Assembly (NCBI RefSeq): GCF_006345805.1
Contig: NC_043011.1
Coordinates: 51,844,464 to 51,908,463, forward strand
DNA length: 64,000 nucleotides
DNA from: Octopus sinensis
Lineage: Eukaryota
Direction of reading: 5' to 3'
Of this stretch, positions 38,531 to 51,832 are shown in pieces. The notes below the pieces were generated by a model that was not told where the DNA came from, made no database searches, and worked only from the letters and a program-made list of their open reading frames with translations. The first letter of the stretch is position 1. Each line of letters opens with the position of its first letter. Made by a program: the position numbers and the translations under genes.

Positions 38531-40522
38531 GGTACCCTGTTTTCACTAAGCGTTTTAAGTGTTTATGTAGTAGATACTCTCTTGATCTTCCTACTCTGGA
38601 CTGGGCAAGACATCAAGGATATAACTGCTGGAGGGAGAGAGGGATGCACCAGCACTAGGCTAGTATTCATTTTCAGCTGAATTAACCGGTGGGGGGCACG
38701 AAATGAAGTCCCTTCGTCAAGGTACTTCATTTTATGTGGTAGTATATAACAACCTAGAGGATAAAATATTACACTATTAATTTATGGGTCACATATTTGT
38801 ATCAGGCTTATGCCATTTTAAGTAGAGTTTATCCAGTATATCTCAATGGAGAAGAGGTACCTGTATAAGGAGAGAGTATATCTCAGTGGAGAAGAGGTAC
38901 TTGTATAAGAAGAGAGAGAGTTGCTTGACATTCTCTCCAGAAAAGAAATTTGATTTGCAACTGTTTAATACTACATAATCTGGGGATTAAGTATATCAGC
39001 TATATAGACCCTATCCCTGTCTTTATAAGTGTTTGTTTACAAATCTATTGTATAGTGATTATGAAGTTAAGATATTACTAATTTAGCAGATTATGGATTC
39101 ACACAATTTTTCGAACTTTACCACAGTTAAGTAGTCAAAGGCTCTTTATGATCTGAGTTCTGGTCCTGTTGAAGTTAACTTTGCTTCCCATCTTTCTGGG
39201 GCTGATAAAGAATTAGTCAGTCAGGTATTGGTGTCTATACAGTCAGTTATGCCCAAATTTGAAGCCTTGTGTGTATGTTAGAAATCAATATTAAAATATG
39301 TTGCCCCACTACTAAAGCATTTGCTGCAATCAAGCCAACAGGTAGTCACAGCTTGGCTGCTCAATACGAAAATACAATGCCCCACTGTTCAAGTATATAC
39401 TAGAACCATATCATCAGCAATTCTTAAGCTGGGGGGAAATTTCAAGCTTCTGAAAGTAAAATTTGAAGATTTCAATGAGAAAATTGTTCTAGGAAAAATT
39501 CTTTGTCATTATTTATAAGTTTTGCTAGATATATTTTTGCTAATGTTAAATTAATAATATAATGCTGTTAATGTTATATAATAAATTGTTCTTTTCAAGA
39601 CTAATACTTTTCTTGTTAGATTTAGAGGGAAAATCAGGAAGGTGAACTTGTAGAGAAATACAAAAGGAAAGGGGTTAAGAAATTTAGACCATCATGGTTG
39701 CTAAATGGTAAAATATGGTATTCTCTTCTATTAAAAAAAAAAAAGAAAACTAAGCCAATGGGATAATCTCTATATTTGGCTCAACCTTCCAGAAATAATG
39801 GTCAGATCTTCCTCTAATCACACCCTACAATCTTTAAAAAGAAGGATACATTGAAGAACATCTCTGACTGAGATCTGCTCCATCAGGTTTGGTCTAGGTC
39901 TAAACAATAACAGTAACAACAATATACTGCAACAATTTCCAACAAAGAATTATTGAAGATATCTCAAAAGCCCTTGAGGAGATTGTAATTGCCAGTATGT
40001 GAGTCTGGTTTTACAGTGTTAAAAGAAGTGGGGTTGAATAAAGTTCTCCCTTGGATAAGATTCCCAGTCTTACTAGAACTAGCAGACTAAACCCTTACCT
40101 GGTTTACTGTTCTAGTTAGGAATGGAGGTTTTTATAGTAGTAGTAGGAGAATGGTTGAGAAGAAACAGCATATATATATGAATTAGTGGTTGGAGTGTTT
40201 CTGGCTGTGTGTAACAGGAACACTGTTCCAGATATGTGAGTTATAACCTTGTGTGAGTAACACTTGAACTTTGTGGAGGGCCTAGCAACTGATCATCATC
40301 TTCATCATTGAAAGTTGAGGGAGATTTTCTAGTCAGATGCCCTACCTGTCACCAACCCTCACCTGTTTCCAAGCAAGATTCCCCATGCTCAGACATGACC
40401 CTTTGGAAGATTGGAAACGAAGGACACTGCTTGTATGACAGTGACACTCATTTGCAACTTTCACATTAAGTCAAGACTGGAAGACAGTGAAACATACATA
40501 CACAATTGCACTTACACATACA

Positions 40523-40559
<37 letters not shown>

Positions 40560-40728
40560 AAGCACCCACTACACTCATGGAGTGGTTGGCGTTAGGAAGG
40601 GCATCCAGCTGTAGAAACTTTGCCAGATAAGACTGGAGCCTGGTGCAGCCTTCTGGCTTCCCAGATCCCCGGTCGAACCGTCCAACCCATGCTAGCATGG
40701 AGAACGGACGTTAAACGATGATGATGAT
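40560..40728 (+). mobile_element. RTE 3' end inserted into the TA tract of an older composite SINE (about 40290-40890)
   Basis: Young RTE tail ending in (GAT)n, flanked by the body and the head of the older SINE. Confidence 0.8.
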
Positions 40729-41011
40729 ATATATATATATATATATATGACTGGCTTCGTCCAGTTTCCATCCACTAAACCTACTCACAAGGCTTTGGTC
40801 ATTCTGAAGTCATAGTAGGTACCACACAGTGGGACTGAACCTCAGATTATGTGGCTGGGAAGCAAACTGCTTACTACACACCCACACCTGTGCCTCATCA
40901 GATCTGAAATATTTTCCAGTTCTAAAGAGGAATCCATTTAATAAATAGAAATATTGGTTTCAAATTTTGGTACAAGGGCAGAAATAAAAAGAAATATTAA
41001 ATACTTGTCAG

Positions 41012-41395
41012 CGCAGGTATGGCTGTGCTGTTAAGAGATTTGCTTCCCTATCACATGGATTTCAGCTTCAGTCCTACTGCATGGCATCTTGGGCAAGTGT
41101 CGTCTTCCAGAGAAGCAGGCCAGCCAAAGCCTTATAAATAAATTTGGTTGATAGAGACTGGAAGAAGCCCAGTCTATAATGTGTATCCTTGTCTTGACAT
41201 CATGTGATAGTTGTAAATGAGTGTCGTTTATTTCCAGTATTCTGCAAAAACATGTCTGTCTATGGGGAAGTATTGCCTTGCTTGCAAACTGGTAAGAGTT
41301 GGCATCAGGAAGATCATTCAACCGTTGAAGATCTAACTCAGTAAACTCTATCTGATCCATACTCCCATAGAAAAGAGGATGTTAAAATGGTTATA
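41012..41395 (+). mobile_element. Composite SINE: family-A tRNA head, distinct body, RTE-like tail
   Basis: Head gcgcaggtatggctgtg...cttgggcaagtgtc..aaagcctt; body ccttgtcttgacatcatgtgatagttgtaaatgag; tail gttggcatcaggaag...gaaaagaggatgttaaa. Confidence 0.7.
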
Positions 41396-42796
41396 GGCTA
41401 AAAGCTTTGTTTCATATAATTGACAAAAATTCTTGTTCACAGTGCTCCTGCATGGGCCACAGTCAAATGAGTAGTCTACATTTTTTTTAATCAAGTGAAG
41501 TGGCAGAAACAGTAGAGAGCTTGCCAAAATGTTTTCAAATATTTAGCTTTACCTCAGTGCATAGTTTAGATTTCAATAAGTCAACTCTTGTTGCTCCAGA
41601 ATTGATAAATTATGCATGGCATAAGCTGGGATCATTTCAATTAAACGCAATTTACCTTTACATATTGTTTAACCCCAAGTCAGCTTAGAACAAACACACA
41701 TGAACAGCACTCTAGCTACAATTCTCCTGTATTTTATTCAGGCATCACGGATCTACAGCTACATTACCCAATGTGTTCTTCCTTTTTTTTTCTTTTTTTT
41801 TTGTAAGACAATACAGTGAAATTTGAGGGAGATTTTTGGCTGCTATTTTTAACAGGTTGAGCAACTGCCTGTAGACCTCCTTCATTGGCTAGACAAATAT
41901 AATATATGGTTTTATGTCAATATGTAAAACACTTAACATGTTTATAATGTCTTTATGGTTGCAATTTCCACTGTTTTCTCTTTTTTTTTTTTTAAAGAGT
42001 AACCTGAGACATGTGAAAGTTTTGCTGGCAACAGATTGCAAGTAAACTGATCTGACCCACGCTAAAATAATTTGATAATTTTTTTGTTTATGTTTTTAAA
42101 CTTTTTGTCGTGAAGTTTTATTTATTTCAATTTGATGCCATCAATTTGTGATTGACTGATAAAAATGGAGTTATTTATAAAAATGACCTTCAGTCTTAGA
42201 AGAAATTTTGCTTTACTACTTTCACAATAACAAACACATTTGAACTGGAATGACAAAGTAAATAAAATATTAATGGTAAAGTTAATGTTGACATGTTTAA
42301 TATCTTGGACATAACAGCTTACTGGAATAAAGTATGAATAAAATATTAATAACTAAGGAATAATTAATGAAGTATTAATAGTTACATTAGTGTCAACTTA
42401 TTTAATATATTAGGTATTAAATAGCTAACTACAAATATGCAATGAAAAGAAGAAAAAGAAATCTATTTGTGAGTAATATCATTTTCATGTTTTCAGAAAT
42501 TATATGAGACTTCAGACATGCTTCTGTCTTATTATAGCCTCCTCCGCAAAAGTACAACCATCACTGTACTTATGAAAATAGTGATGGAAGAGTTACTTAG
42601 TAAATGTATAGTATTAATCATTGGTTGGTGTAGGAAAATTGAATTTAGAGATTAAGTAACTCAGAGATGTCAGCCATCTACATGAAAACAGTAGTTAAGT
42701 TTGTATTTATATAATTAAAGCAGGGAACACTACAAAAACATAAAAAAGAAAGAAAGAAACTAGCAGTGCGGTAAAGACAGTATTAGTCAATGGATA

Positions 42797-42954
42797 ATCA
42801 TCATCATCGTTTAACGTCTGCTTTCCATTCTAGCATGGGCTGGATGATTTGACTGAGGACAGGTGAACCAGATGGTTGCACCAGGCTCCAATCTGATCTG
42901 GCAGAGTTTCTACAGCTGGATGCCCTTCCTAACGCCAACCACTCCAAGAGTGTA
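42797..42954 (-). mobile_element. RTE 3' end
   Basis: (CAT)n tail plus ctggatgcccttcctaacgccaaccactcc. Confidence 0.85.
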
Positions 42955-42984
42955 ATATTAGTGTAGGATAATATTACTTTTATT

Positions 42985-43680
42985 TAAGCTGGTGAGCTGG
43001 CAGAATCATTAGCATGCCAGGCAAAATGCTTAGCAGCATTTCATCCATCTTTATGTTCTGGGTTCAGATTCTGCTGGGGTTGACTTTGCCTTTCATCCTT
43101 TCAGGGTCGATGAAATAGGTACCAATTGAATACTGGGGTCAATGTAATCAACTTATCCCCTCCCCCCAAATTACTGGCCTTGTGTCAACCTTTGAAACCA
43201 ACATTATCTTCATTGGATAGCAGCAAGCTGGCAGATTCTGTACTACACCAAACAATGCTTAGTAGTATTTCCTCCAGCTGTTTACATTCTGAGTTCAAAT
43301 TCTACTGAAGTTGATTTTGCCGTCATCCTTTCAGGGTGGATGAAATAAGTACCAGTTTAATTCTGGAGTTGATGCAATTGACCCACCCACAATCCACTTA
43401 AAATTGCTGGCCTTGTGCCAAAATTAGAAAAAATATTAATTTCATTGGGCAAGGACAGTGGATTGAGCAGAATCCATAGTGTCAAATTACCTTGTATTAT
43501 TTGTTTCTACTCTTTACATTCTAAGTTCAAATCTCACAGATGCCACATTTGCCTTTCCTCCTTCCTGGTTTGATAAAATAAAGTACTAGTCATGTAGTAG
43601 GTTTGACAGAATTTTTCTTTAATGGTATTCCCTTCCTTAAATTTCTGACCATGTGCTAAGTTAGAAATTATTATTTTTAC
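42985..43680 (+). mobile_element. Head-to-tail array of three family-B-type SINEs
   Basis: Units begin at about 42985, 43215 and 43455, with a period of about 230 bp. Confidence 0.8.
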
Positions 43681-45040
43681 TGGATTTATGATCAGACACT
43701 CCAGTCTTGACCATCATATCTTTTGTATCTCCAGAAATATATTATCCAAAATGAACTCCTCCATGTTTTTTTTTTTATTTTTATGTTTTAAGATTAATCC
43801 GACCATGTATGGGACTTGCTGGCTGGTTCAACACAATCTTATTAACTTATGAGTTCAAATGAAAACTACAGATATTTCATTGTACTTCCATGGGATACAT
43901 TTAACTCTGTGCACTTTTATTCCTTTAGCTATTAAAAATAGGTGCCAAATGTTCTGGGAATATTCCTAAATTTCTTGAATTGCTTAGGGATAAAACAACA
44001 GTAACCACTTCAATATATTCTCTTATAAAAAAAAAAAAAAGGAAAAGCTGTGTTGATGTTTCATCTCCGGAATCATTCCAACATTTTCTCTTTAAAAGCA
44101 AAAGAACAAATTGCATTGTTGTCCTAAATGATGTTTTATGCATCTGCCAACCAAATTTAGGTTTTTATTAACACTTTTACCAGATGCTAATGGTTCATGC
44201 TAATTTGACTAAATACTAGAACATTTTGACTAAAACCATATGTGATGCTATTAATGGCTCAGTTGGTGCTATGCCATAAACAATTGATCTTGTCTTTGAC
44301 CATTGGATGATAAATAATTATTCTATTCCCGCTAGAGACCTTTGATACTACTTGCTTGACTACTAAGACTAGCAACAGTTGCTATATACATATAAATGCT
44401 TACAATAATGCTGTCAATATTTGTATTGATTATTTATATCTTAAACAATCCTGCTGCCATGTTAAGTAACTTCTAGTGTTGAATCTACTTTGTAACTTGA
44501 GCCTTTCATTTTCACAAATGCAACACAATTTTACTGTAAGTCGCCAAATATTTCCTGTCTCCCTTCAAATATAATTAACAAATTCAGATTCAGACAAGCT
44601 GATTAGCCCTAATGTCTGGATAGGATCAACTAGAAATCTGAGTTCTGATAAGATACTCAGCTTTAAATCTGAGTTCTGATGGGATGCTCAACTTCAAATT
44701 ACGATTCACAAACTTTTATTATTTTTTTGTGCATGTGCGTGAGTGTGTGTGTTTTTCTGTTAACTGGTTGGATCTGAAGAAAGAAACTGCTCCCATGGCT
44801 TTCCCTGGCCCTGCAAGACCAGTAAGATTGATGTTTGGGTCCTTCATGAATAGTTGAAAATTGACAGCTGCTGGAAAAACATGAATGAAAAGAGAGAATT
44901 CTGAAGGGATGATGTTCTAGAGATTCAGAATCGAGTATGGTGGTTAACGTGGGACCTGGGATGGAGAGAACACAATATGGGTAATAAAAGGAGTAGAGTT
45001 GAGTAAGTTAGAAGTGCATGAGTGGAGGTGGCAAGATACC

Positions 45041-45271
45041 TATTTCTTTATTACCCACAAGGGGCTAAACACAGAGGGAACAAACAAGGACAGACATAGG
45101 TATTAAGTCGATTACATCGACCCAGTTCGTAACTGGTACTTAATTTATCGACCCCGAAAGGATGAAAGGCAAAGTCGACCTCGGCGGAATTTGAACTCAC
45201 AACGTAATGCAGATGAAATACCGCTAAGCATTTCGCCCGGCGTGCTAACGTTTCTGCCAGCTCACCGCCTT
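45041..45271 (-). mobile_element. SINE family B, young, with 16-bp TSD
   Basis: GAGGTGGCAAGATACC occurs at 45025-45040 and 45272-45287. Confidence 0.92.
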
Positions 45272-45874
45272 GAGGTGGCAAGATACCAGATAGTTCTGAG
45301 TAGCCAAGGCCACTACAGTATTTGTAGAAAAAAAAGAGATTAGACAGCATATCTGCAGGCCAGAGGTTGGATGGGGTGTGACTGCACACCAATCAGTCTG
45401 GTGGCCCTTTTTGGGTATATGTTGCAGCTATATTTGATAAAGTATAGGGTGTATGTGTGTACCAGCCTAACAGTTGAGTGCTTCATTGCTCATGCTCACC
45501 ATAACAACTTGAGTCCTGTTCGACTCACTTTGACACTAGAACACTGCTCTGCTCATGTGAGAAATTCACGCAGAACTTGGTTTTAGTTGGTTTGTCACAT
45601 GAGTATGGTTAAGCTTAAGTACTGCTTTGTTCAGCTTCATGCTTGAGCGCAGTTTTGTTTGGCTTGGTAATTGCATGCTGTTCTGCTCCGTTTGACAATA
45701 TAAGCAGTGTGCTGGAACATACACAAGTTTTCAAAATATTCACTATGAGGGACATATTCCCCTTTAAATCTTTAGCATTCAGATTTCTCAGTCAAATGTG
45801 AGGCATATTTATTCACATTGATTTGAATTTGTCATGCATTACCTTATAGTGGTGAGATTTCAATGATGTGATTG

Positions 45875-46148
45875 TCCGTTGCCAGCCTCGCCTGGCCCTC
45901 GTGCCGGTGGCACATAAAAAGCACCATCCGTTCGTGGCCGTTTGCCAGCTCTGTCTGGCACCAGTGCGGGTGGCACGTAAAAAGCACCCACTACACTCAC
46001 GGAGTGGTTGGCGTTAGGAAGGGCATCCAGCCATAGAAACACTGCCAGATTTGACTGGGCCTGATGAAGCCTTCTGGCTTCACAGACCCCAGTAGAACCG
46101 TCCAACCCATGCTAGCATGGAAAACGGACGCTAAATGATGATGATGAT
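45875..46148 (+). mobile_element. RTE 3' end inserted into a piggyBac-like MITE (about 45768-46258)
   Basis: MITE halves lie on both sides; TGATTGT is duplicated at the junctions; (GAT)n tail present. Confidence 0.8.
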
Positions 46149-47339
46149 TGTTTATTTTTACAATAATATTGTAGGGTAAGTATGAGTGGCTAGATCTGGC
46201 CAGTTTGAAGATAAAACAGGTAGATAATTTTGGCTGGGTGTGGCCAGTTTAAGTGCTAAATATTTCCTCACGGGAAATTTTGTGCTCTACATATTGTGAG
46301 ACCTGTAATAATAAATATTTCCCAGAAAAAGGACAAAGAATTGAGTAAAAATGTAAAAAATTTAAGTTTTCAGACAAAACATTCTTTCACAGAAGTAAAC
46401 AACCACCCACTTTCTTGGTTTTTTTCCTTCTCCGTGAAGTAGTGGTAGCTATTTTGAAAGTTTGCCAATCAGAGTTTACACTCTTCCCATGAGACAGGTG
46501 TAATGGTAAAAATTTACCAAATTCTTTATCTAAGAGATTTCTGTGAGGAAAGGCTAATTCTGATGTTTCAAGCAAAGCCATGTTTCAGAGACTTTGACAG
46601 TTAAGAGTCTTGGCCATTGAAATGTCCTGCTGCAGGTGACAAGATGTGAACCATTAATCCTCTGATTGTTGCACAACACATTCTAACAACACGTGAAATA
46701 AAATAGAACGATTTCTTCATTTGTTATCTCTTATTGGTGAAGGTGCATGGCTGAGTGGTTGTGGTATTTGGTTCACAATTGTAAGATCGAGAGTTCGATT
46801 CCTGGCAGTGTGTTGTGTCCTTGAGTAAGATACTTTATTTCACATTGCTCCAGTCCACTCAGCTGGCAAAAATGAGTAGTACCTGTATTTCAAAGGGCCA
46901 GCCTTGTCACATTCTGTGTCATACTGAATCTCCCTCAGAACTATGTTAATGGTAAATATGTCTGTGGAGTGCTCAGCCACATGCACATTAATTTAATGAG
47001 CAGGCTGTTCCATTGATCTGATCAACCGGAACCCTCGTTATCGTAACTGACAGAGTGATCTCCTATTGGTAGGGCACTCACTTACAGGAGGCAGTTGTGA
47101 GATGAGATATTCTAGGATGAGAGTTAGAATTAGAATAGACTTGAAGGTGGTGGTGGTGGGTGGATATCTTCTTAAATTTCTTTCTGTCACCTTACCTTGT
47201 GTGAATCAATAATACCGGTCAAAATCAATAATGTTTGTTCTACAATGAATTTGTAATTATTTCAGGTTTTGTTCACGTTTTTATTTTCTTTTTTTTCTGT
47301 TTAATAGCTTTAAAAATACTTGGGTACTGACCCAAGGGG

Positions 47340-47860
47340 GTGGACTGGCGTTATATTTCTTTTCTTGTTTTTCTTTTTTCTTTTCTTACTCAATCTCGCT
47401 CATTCTCTCATGTTCTCACACATTTCTTTTTTTTTTTTTTTTGCTCACAATTTATCTCTGATATTCTTTATATATTTCTGACACACACTCTCTCTCTGTC
47501 CTTCTGTCTCTTTCTCTCTCCCCATCTTCTTCTCTGTCTTATATGTACCATCTATCTATTTGTCTATCTCAATTTCTCTCTTTTTTTTACCACCCCACTC
47601 TCAATTCTGCTTTATTCCCACTCATTATCAAATATTTCGTTCTAGCACTCTTTCCTCCCCCCTCTCTCTCTTTTTCCACCTTTTGCTCTTTCTTTCTCCC
47701 CTCTCCCTCACATACTTTATCTACCCATCATACACACTGAAAATATTCTCTCCTATTCCCTTGTCTTTCTCACTCTTGTATATTGTCAATATATTCATCA
47801 CAGCATTCTTTCTTTTCTTTCTGCACACACTCTCTCCCCCGCACATACACATGAGGATGA
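47340..47860 (+). repeat. Long pyrimidine-rich (CT/TTC) low-complexity tract
   Basis: Read directly from the sequence; it explains the FLS-rich ORFs in the track. Confidence 0.8.
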
Positions 47861-48284
47861 GGTTTTTGTGTCTTGGATGCTGCTGCTGCTACTACTACTA
47901 CTGTTTTTATTAGCAATTCTTTTTCTGGTAGAATCTTCTTTCTTTCAGTGGGATTTGAACACTGAACTTCAAACTAATGAAAGACCTGTCAATTATACTG
48001 TTCTACTTCACCACTGCCTACTGAAGTTAACAGCGTCTCCCCATCGAATATAATTTACAGCTCATCTGACAGAATAACTCGAGAATAAATGTCTTTGCCA
48101 GGTATAGGCCTGGTAATGTGGTTAAGATGTGATGTTTGCTTCAAAGTTATGTGATTTCAGGTTAAAACCCATTATGTCTCACTCTGAGGCAAATGTTGTC
48201 AACTAGACCTTTGTAAGTTAAATTTGGTAGATGAAATCTATGGAAGTCCATCAGAGTAACTGTTTATGTACTTGGGTGTTGAAC

Positions 48285-48468
48285 TTCACCCTTTAGCATT
48301 TAAACCAGCCATATTTGGTCCAGAATGTTCTACTTGTTTTATGTTCAATCTGGCCAGATCTGGCCTATCACACCTATCTAACAATGTCAAAAAACATACA
48401 ATTATATCATTGAAATCGCAAATAAATAAGCATTACCTTTGACAGAATAATCTGAAGGCCATAGGGCT
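48285..48468. mobile_element. piggyBac-like MITE, diverged; the solo LTR is inserted at its terminus
   Basis: ccctttagcatttaaaccagcc...tttgacagaataatctgaa. Confidence 0.7.
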
Positions 48469-48900
48469 TGTAACAGGATGAGAGATTCCCACACTGGATG
48501 GGTACTGCTCGCATCCTTTACATCAAATATTAATTGAAGAAAGAGTCAAGATTTTCCGTTAACTTCAACAATATAAATATTTATTCTTTGATTCGCAATA
48601 TAAACGTTTCCTTCCTCTGGGCGAATCAGCAACCTAGGACCTTTGTGGCAGTAGTCTAGTGGAGTGAGTCAATCCTTCCTGTTCAAGCATAGTGGGGATG
48701 TTCCACAAGGTAGCAGCTCAAGAGAGCTGCTGGAGACATGTCTGTATCATTCAGCTGCTAGCATCAAAAGAGAGAGATACAAGAGAATTTCGCTGCTGCT
48801 AGTTTTCTGCGCATGCGCACGAGGGAACTTCCGGCAGGCCTTCCAGAAGATTCCAACCCTGCGCATGCGTACTGGAGATTTCCAAGGTGGCGTCACTACA
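48469..48900 (-). mobile_element. Solo LTR, 432 bp, young
   Basis: TGT...ACA termini (minus strand TGTAGTGACG...CCTGTTACA), perfect 4-bp TSD GGCT (48465-48468 and 48901-48904), minus-strand AATAAA about 115 nt from the 3' end, CpG-rich. Confidence 0.88.
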
Positions 48901-50569
48901 GGCTAAACCACTGCCAGTTTAGCACCATTGTCTGACTCTTGTGTGCTTTCAGCAGAGTCCATTTTATTTTACTGAAGCATTTAGGTCAGGTCTCTGGTCT
49001 AAGGATAATATTTTCCTTTCTCCCACCTGTCTTGGAAGCCCTGTAAAGGGCCATGGACATTCTCTTTTCTCTCCTCATTATGAAATAAATAAAATTGCAT
49101 TTAAATGGACAATCCTTACTCATTTTTTATCGTTAGACTGCAGGGACATTGGGGTTTCCCCCACCCCCACCCTCACCCTGCTAGGGTATTGACTATTCCA
49201 TAGACCCCAGTACTTATTTTGTTGACCTCAGAAGAATGAAACCTAAACAGCTTTAATAAAACCCCACAAGATTATTTTTCTTCTGATTCTCCACTAAGAT
49301 ATGAAATGAACCAAATCAACCTCTCTGTGGTTGCTTAACTGGCTGGAAATAACAGCTATGTCTCTCTTACCTATAATCTTATAAACAAAAATGAGAGGAA
49401 GAAACATTAGGGGAAATACTCCTATATATCCCTAACTAAAAAAACAGGATGGTCACAATGTTTTTTCTCATAGGTTTGCTCAGTCGAGCTACCCTGAAGA
49501 TAAACAACCACATCATCAACAACATCAAGTTTTGTAGCATTACCCTTTCTACTTGTGCACCCCAGTATCCTAACAAGTCATCTAGTAACTACTTTTTGAT
49601 TGATATTTTCTCTTCATTGTCTTCCTTTCCACCAGCATTACCCTCACCTCCCTATAATATCCAGGGGTTATTGTATTTTTACCACCCTTCCCTCTTCCCT
49701 GCTTTCTTGGTGAAAATATATTGGTTGATGTTTCCTGCTTGTTTCTTTTATTGTCATAAGTGTAACGTTTAATCTGGAAAAAACCCTCTTAAATACATCA
49801 GAATAAAAGACAAGTTGATTAAGGCTATTGTGTAATAAGTCTTGTTGCAAATGTAAAAGGACATTCAAGGTCACTTGTCTTGGTTACTCTCATTGGCTCT
49901 CTCTCTCTCTCTCTCTCTCCTTGTCAGCTATTGCTATACTGCTACTTCAAGACTGTCAAGCTCAGGCAGAATAGCTTTAAGGGCTTTACTGCTTCTTCTT
50001 TTCCCTCCTCCCCTTGCTTTCACTCTCATCTCTACTTCCTGCCTGCCTTAACTAGGGTTCAGGTGTGTGATGCTAGAGAATAAATAATGTGAAGATGGTT
50101 GCATATGAGAGAGAGGAAAGAAAAAAAAAATCCTTGTCAGTTGACAAAAACACATACACAATTACCACCACCACCACCACCACCACCCTTCACTGCATTT
50201 GTTTATCTTCCACCTCACTCTCCCCCCCCCCCATATATATATATATATATATATATATTTGGAAGGAGTTTCTTATGTTTTTAATGACAGTCTTGCTGTT
50301 ATATGTAACTCCTACGAAATATGTTGAATGCCAATTGCTTTCATTTGTCCACTCATTTCTTTGTATACTCGCACACATATAATAACCATGCCAGTTTAGA
50401 TGTACAAATAGGTGAAAAAATATGCTGTTCATATTTGTTTGAAGCTGATGATTCGCTTTGACAGTACTCAGAGTATCTTGTTTTTGTGCATTTGTTCTGC
50501 TGACAAAAATATTGTGGTCAGAAAGAATGCGCAAAGGTGAATCATCTGCTTTGTGTGTGTGTTTGTGTG

Positions 50570-50956
50570 TATCTTTTTGTCTTTTACTTGTTTTAGTCAT
50601 TACACTGCAGCCATGCTGGGGCACTACCTTGATTGGTTTTAATTGAACAAATTGACGCCGGTATTTCCTTCTTTTTTTTCTTCTTAAGTTTGGTACTTAT
50701 TCTATTGGTTTCTTTCACTGAACTACTAAGTCACAAGGATGTAAACAAACCAACACTAGTTGTCAAGCAGAGTAGGGACAAACACGGACTCAAAGACATG
50801 CACAAACGAATATATACACACATACACACACAGTGGGCTTCCACACAGTTTCCATCAACAAAATTTACTCACAAAGCATTGGTCAGCCTAGTGCTAGAGT
50901 AGAAAATACTGCACAGTGGGGACACATAGTTATAAAGCAAGGTTCTTAACCACTCG

Positions 50957-50960
<4 letters not shown>
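50570..50960 (-). mobile_element. Diverged family-A-type SINE
   Basis: cttttacttgttttagtcat...tggtacttattctattggt...aaagcattggtcagcc. Confidence 0.75.
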
Positions 50961-51003
<43 letters not shown>

Positions 51004-51832
51004 TTTAACAGAATGAGATAAAAATCCAAGGCTGTGAAAGATTTCAGAACATTTATAAATAGAAGGTCTTGCGATATCCCATTTTATTTGCAGACAATGT
51101 CTTTTGGATTACATTAGCCAATATACCCTTTTCTTTTCTTTTTTATACCATGGCTAAGTTTGTGGTTGTTGGAAAATAAACTAAATACCACTGATATATC
51201 ACTTTATTCACTGTACCTACACAAGATGCAGTATTCCATTGCCTTTAATCTTTTAGGGGATTGATAAATTAAAGTATCTATTTAACTGACCATAAACCTC
51301 CCTCAAGTTTGAGGCCTTGTTCTGAGTTCAAATTCCTCCCAGGTCGATTTTACCTTTCTTCCTTTCAGGGTCAATTAAGTACCAGTTTAGCTCTTTAGTT
51401 GACTGGCCCCTTCCTCCAAAATTTCTGGCCTTGTGCCTATAGTAAAAAGGATTATTATTATTATAGACGTCACACAGTATACAATATCATGAGGTGGTTA
51501 AAGACATTGTGTCTACCGGCAGTTTGTACTGTTTGTCAAGTCACAACAAGGACCTTTGACAGACAATACTTTACACAATATGTGTGCAGTTCCAAGTAAT
51601 GCTGACTTTTGCAATACATCTAGATTGTAGGGTATTTCTAAGGTTTTCAGATGTTTTTTTCAGATTGGGTGGTATTGAACCCAATGACAATAGGGATAAC
51701 CTTTATTATTGACTCTTGTAGCTGCCACATCATAGCGATCTCAATTCTCAATTATTATTATTGTTGTTATTATTATTATTATTATTATTGTTATTATTAT
51801 CATCATCATTATTATTATTATTATTATTGCAG

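Noticed and set aside
46387-46581. ORF MALLETSELAFPHRNLLDKEF... on the minus strand
   Set aside because: No recognisable homology, and its splice sites and start are not compelling enough to call.
48800-48880. Host-gene promoter suggested by NRF1 and ETS motifs
   Set aside because: The motifs lie inside a TSD-flanked solo LTR, so they are reported as an LTR feature instead.
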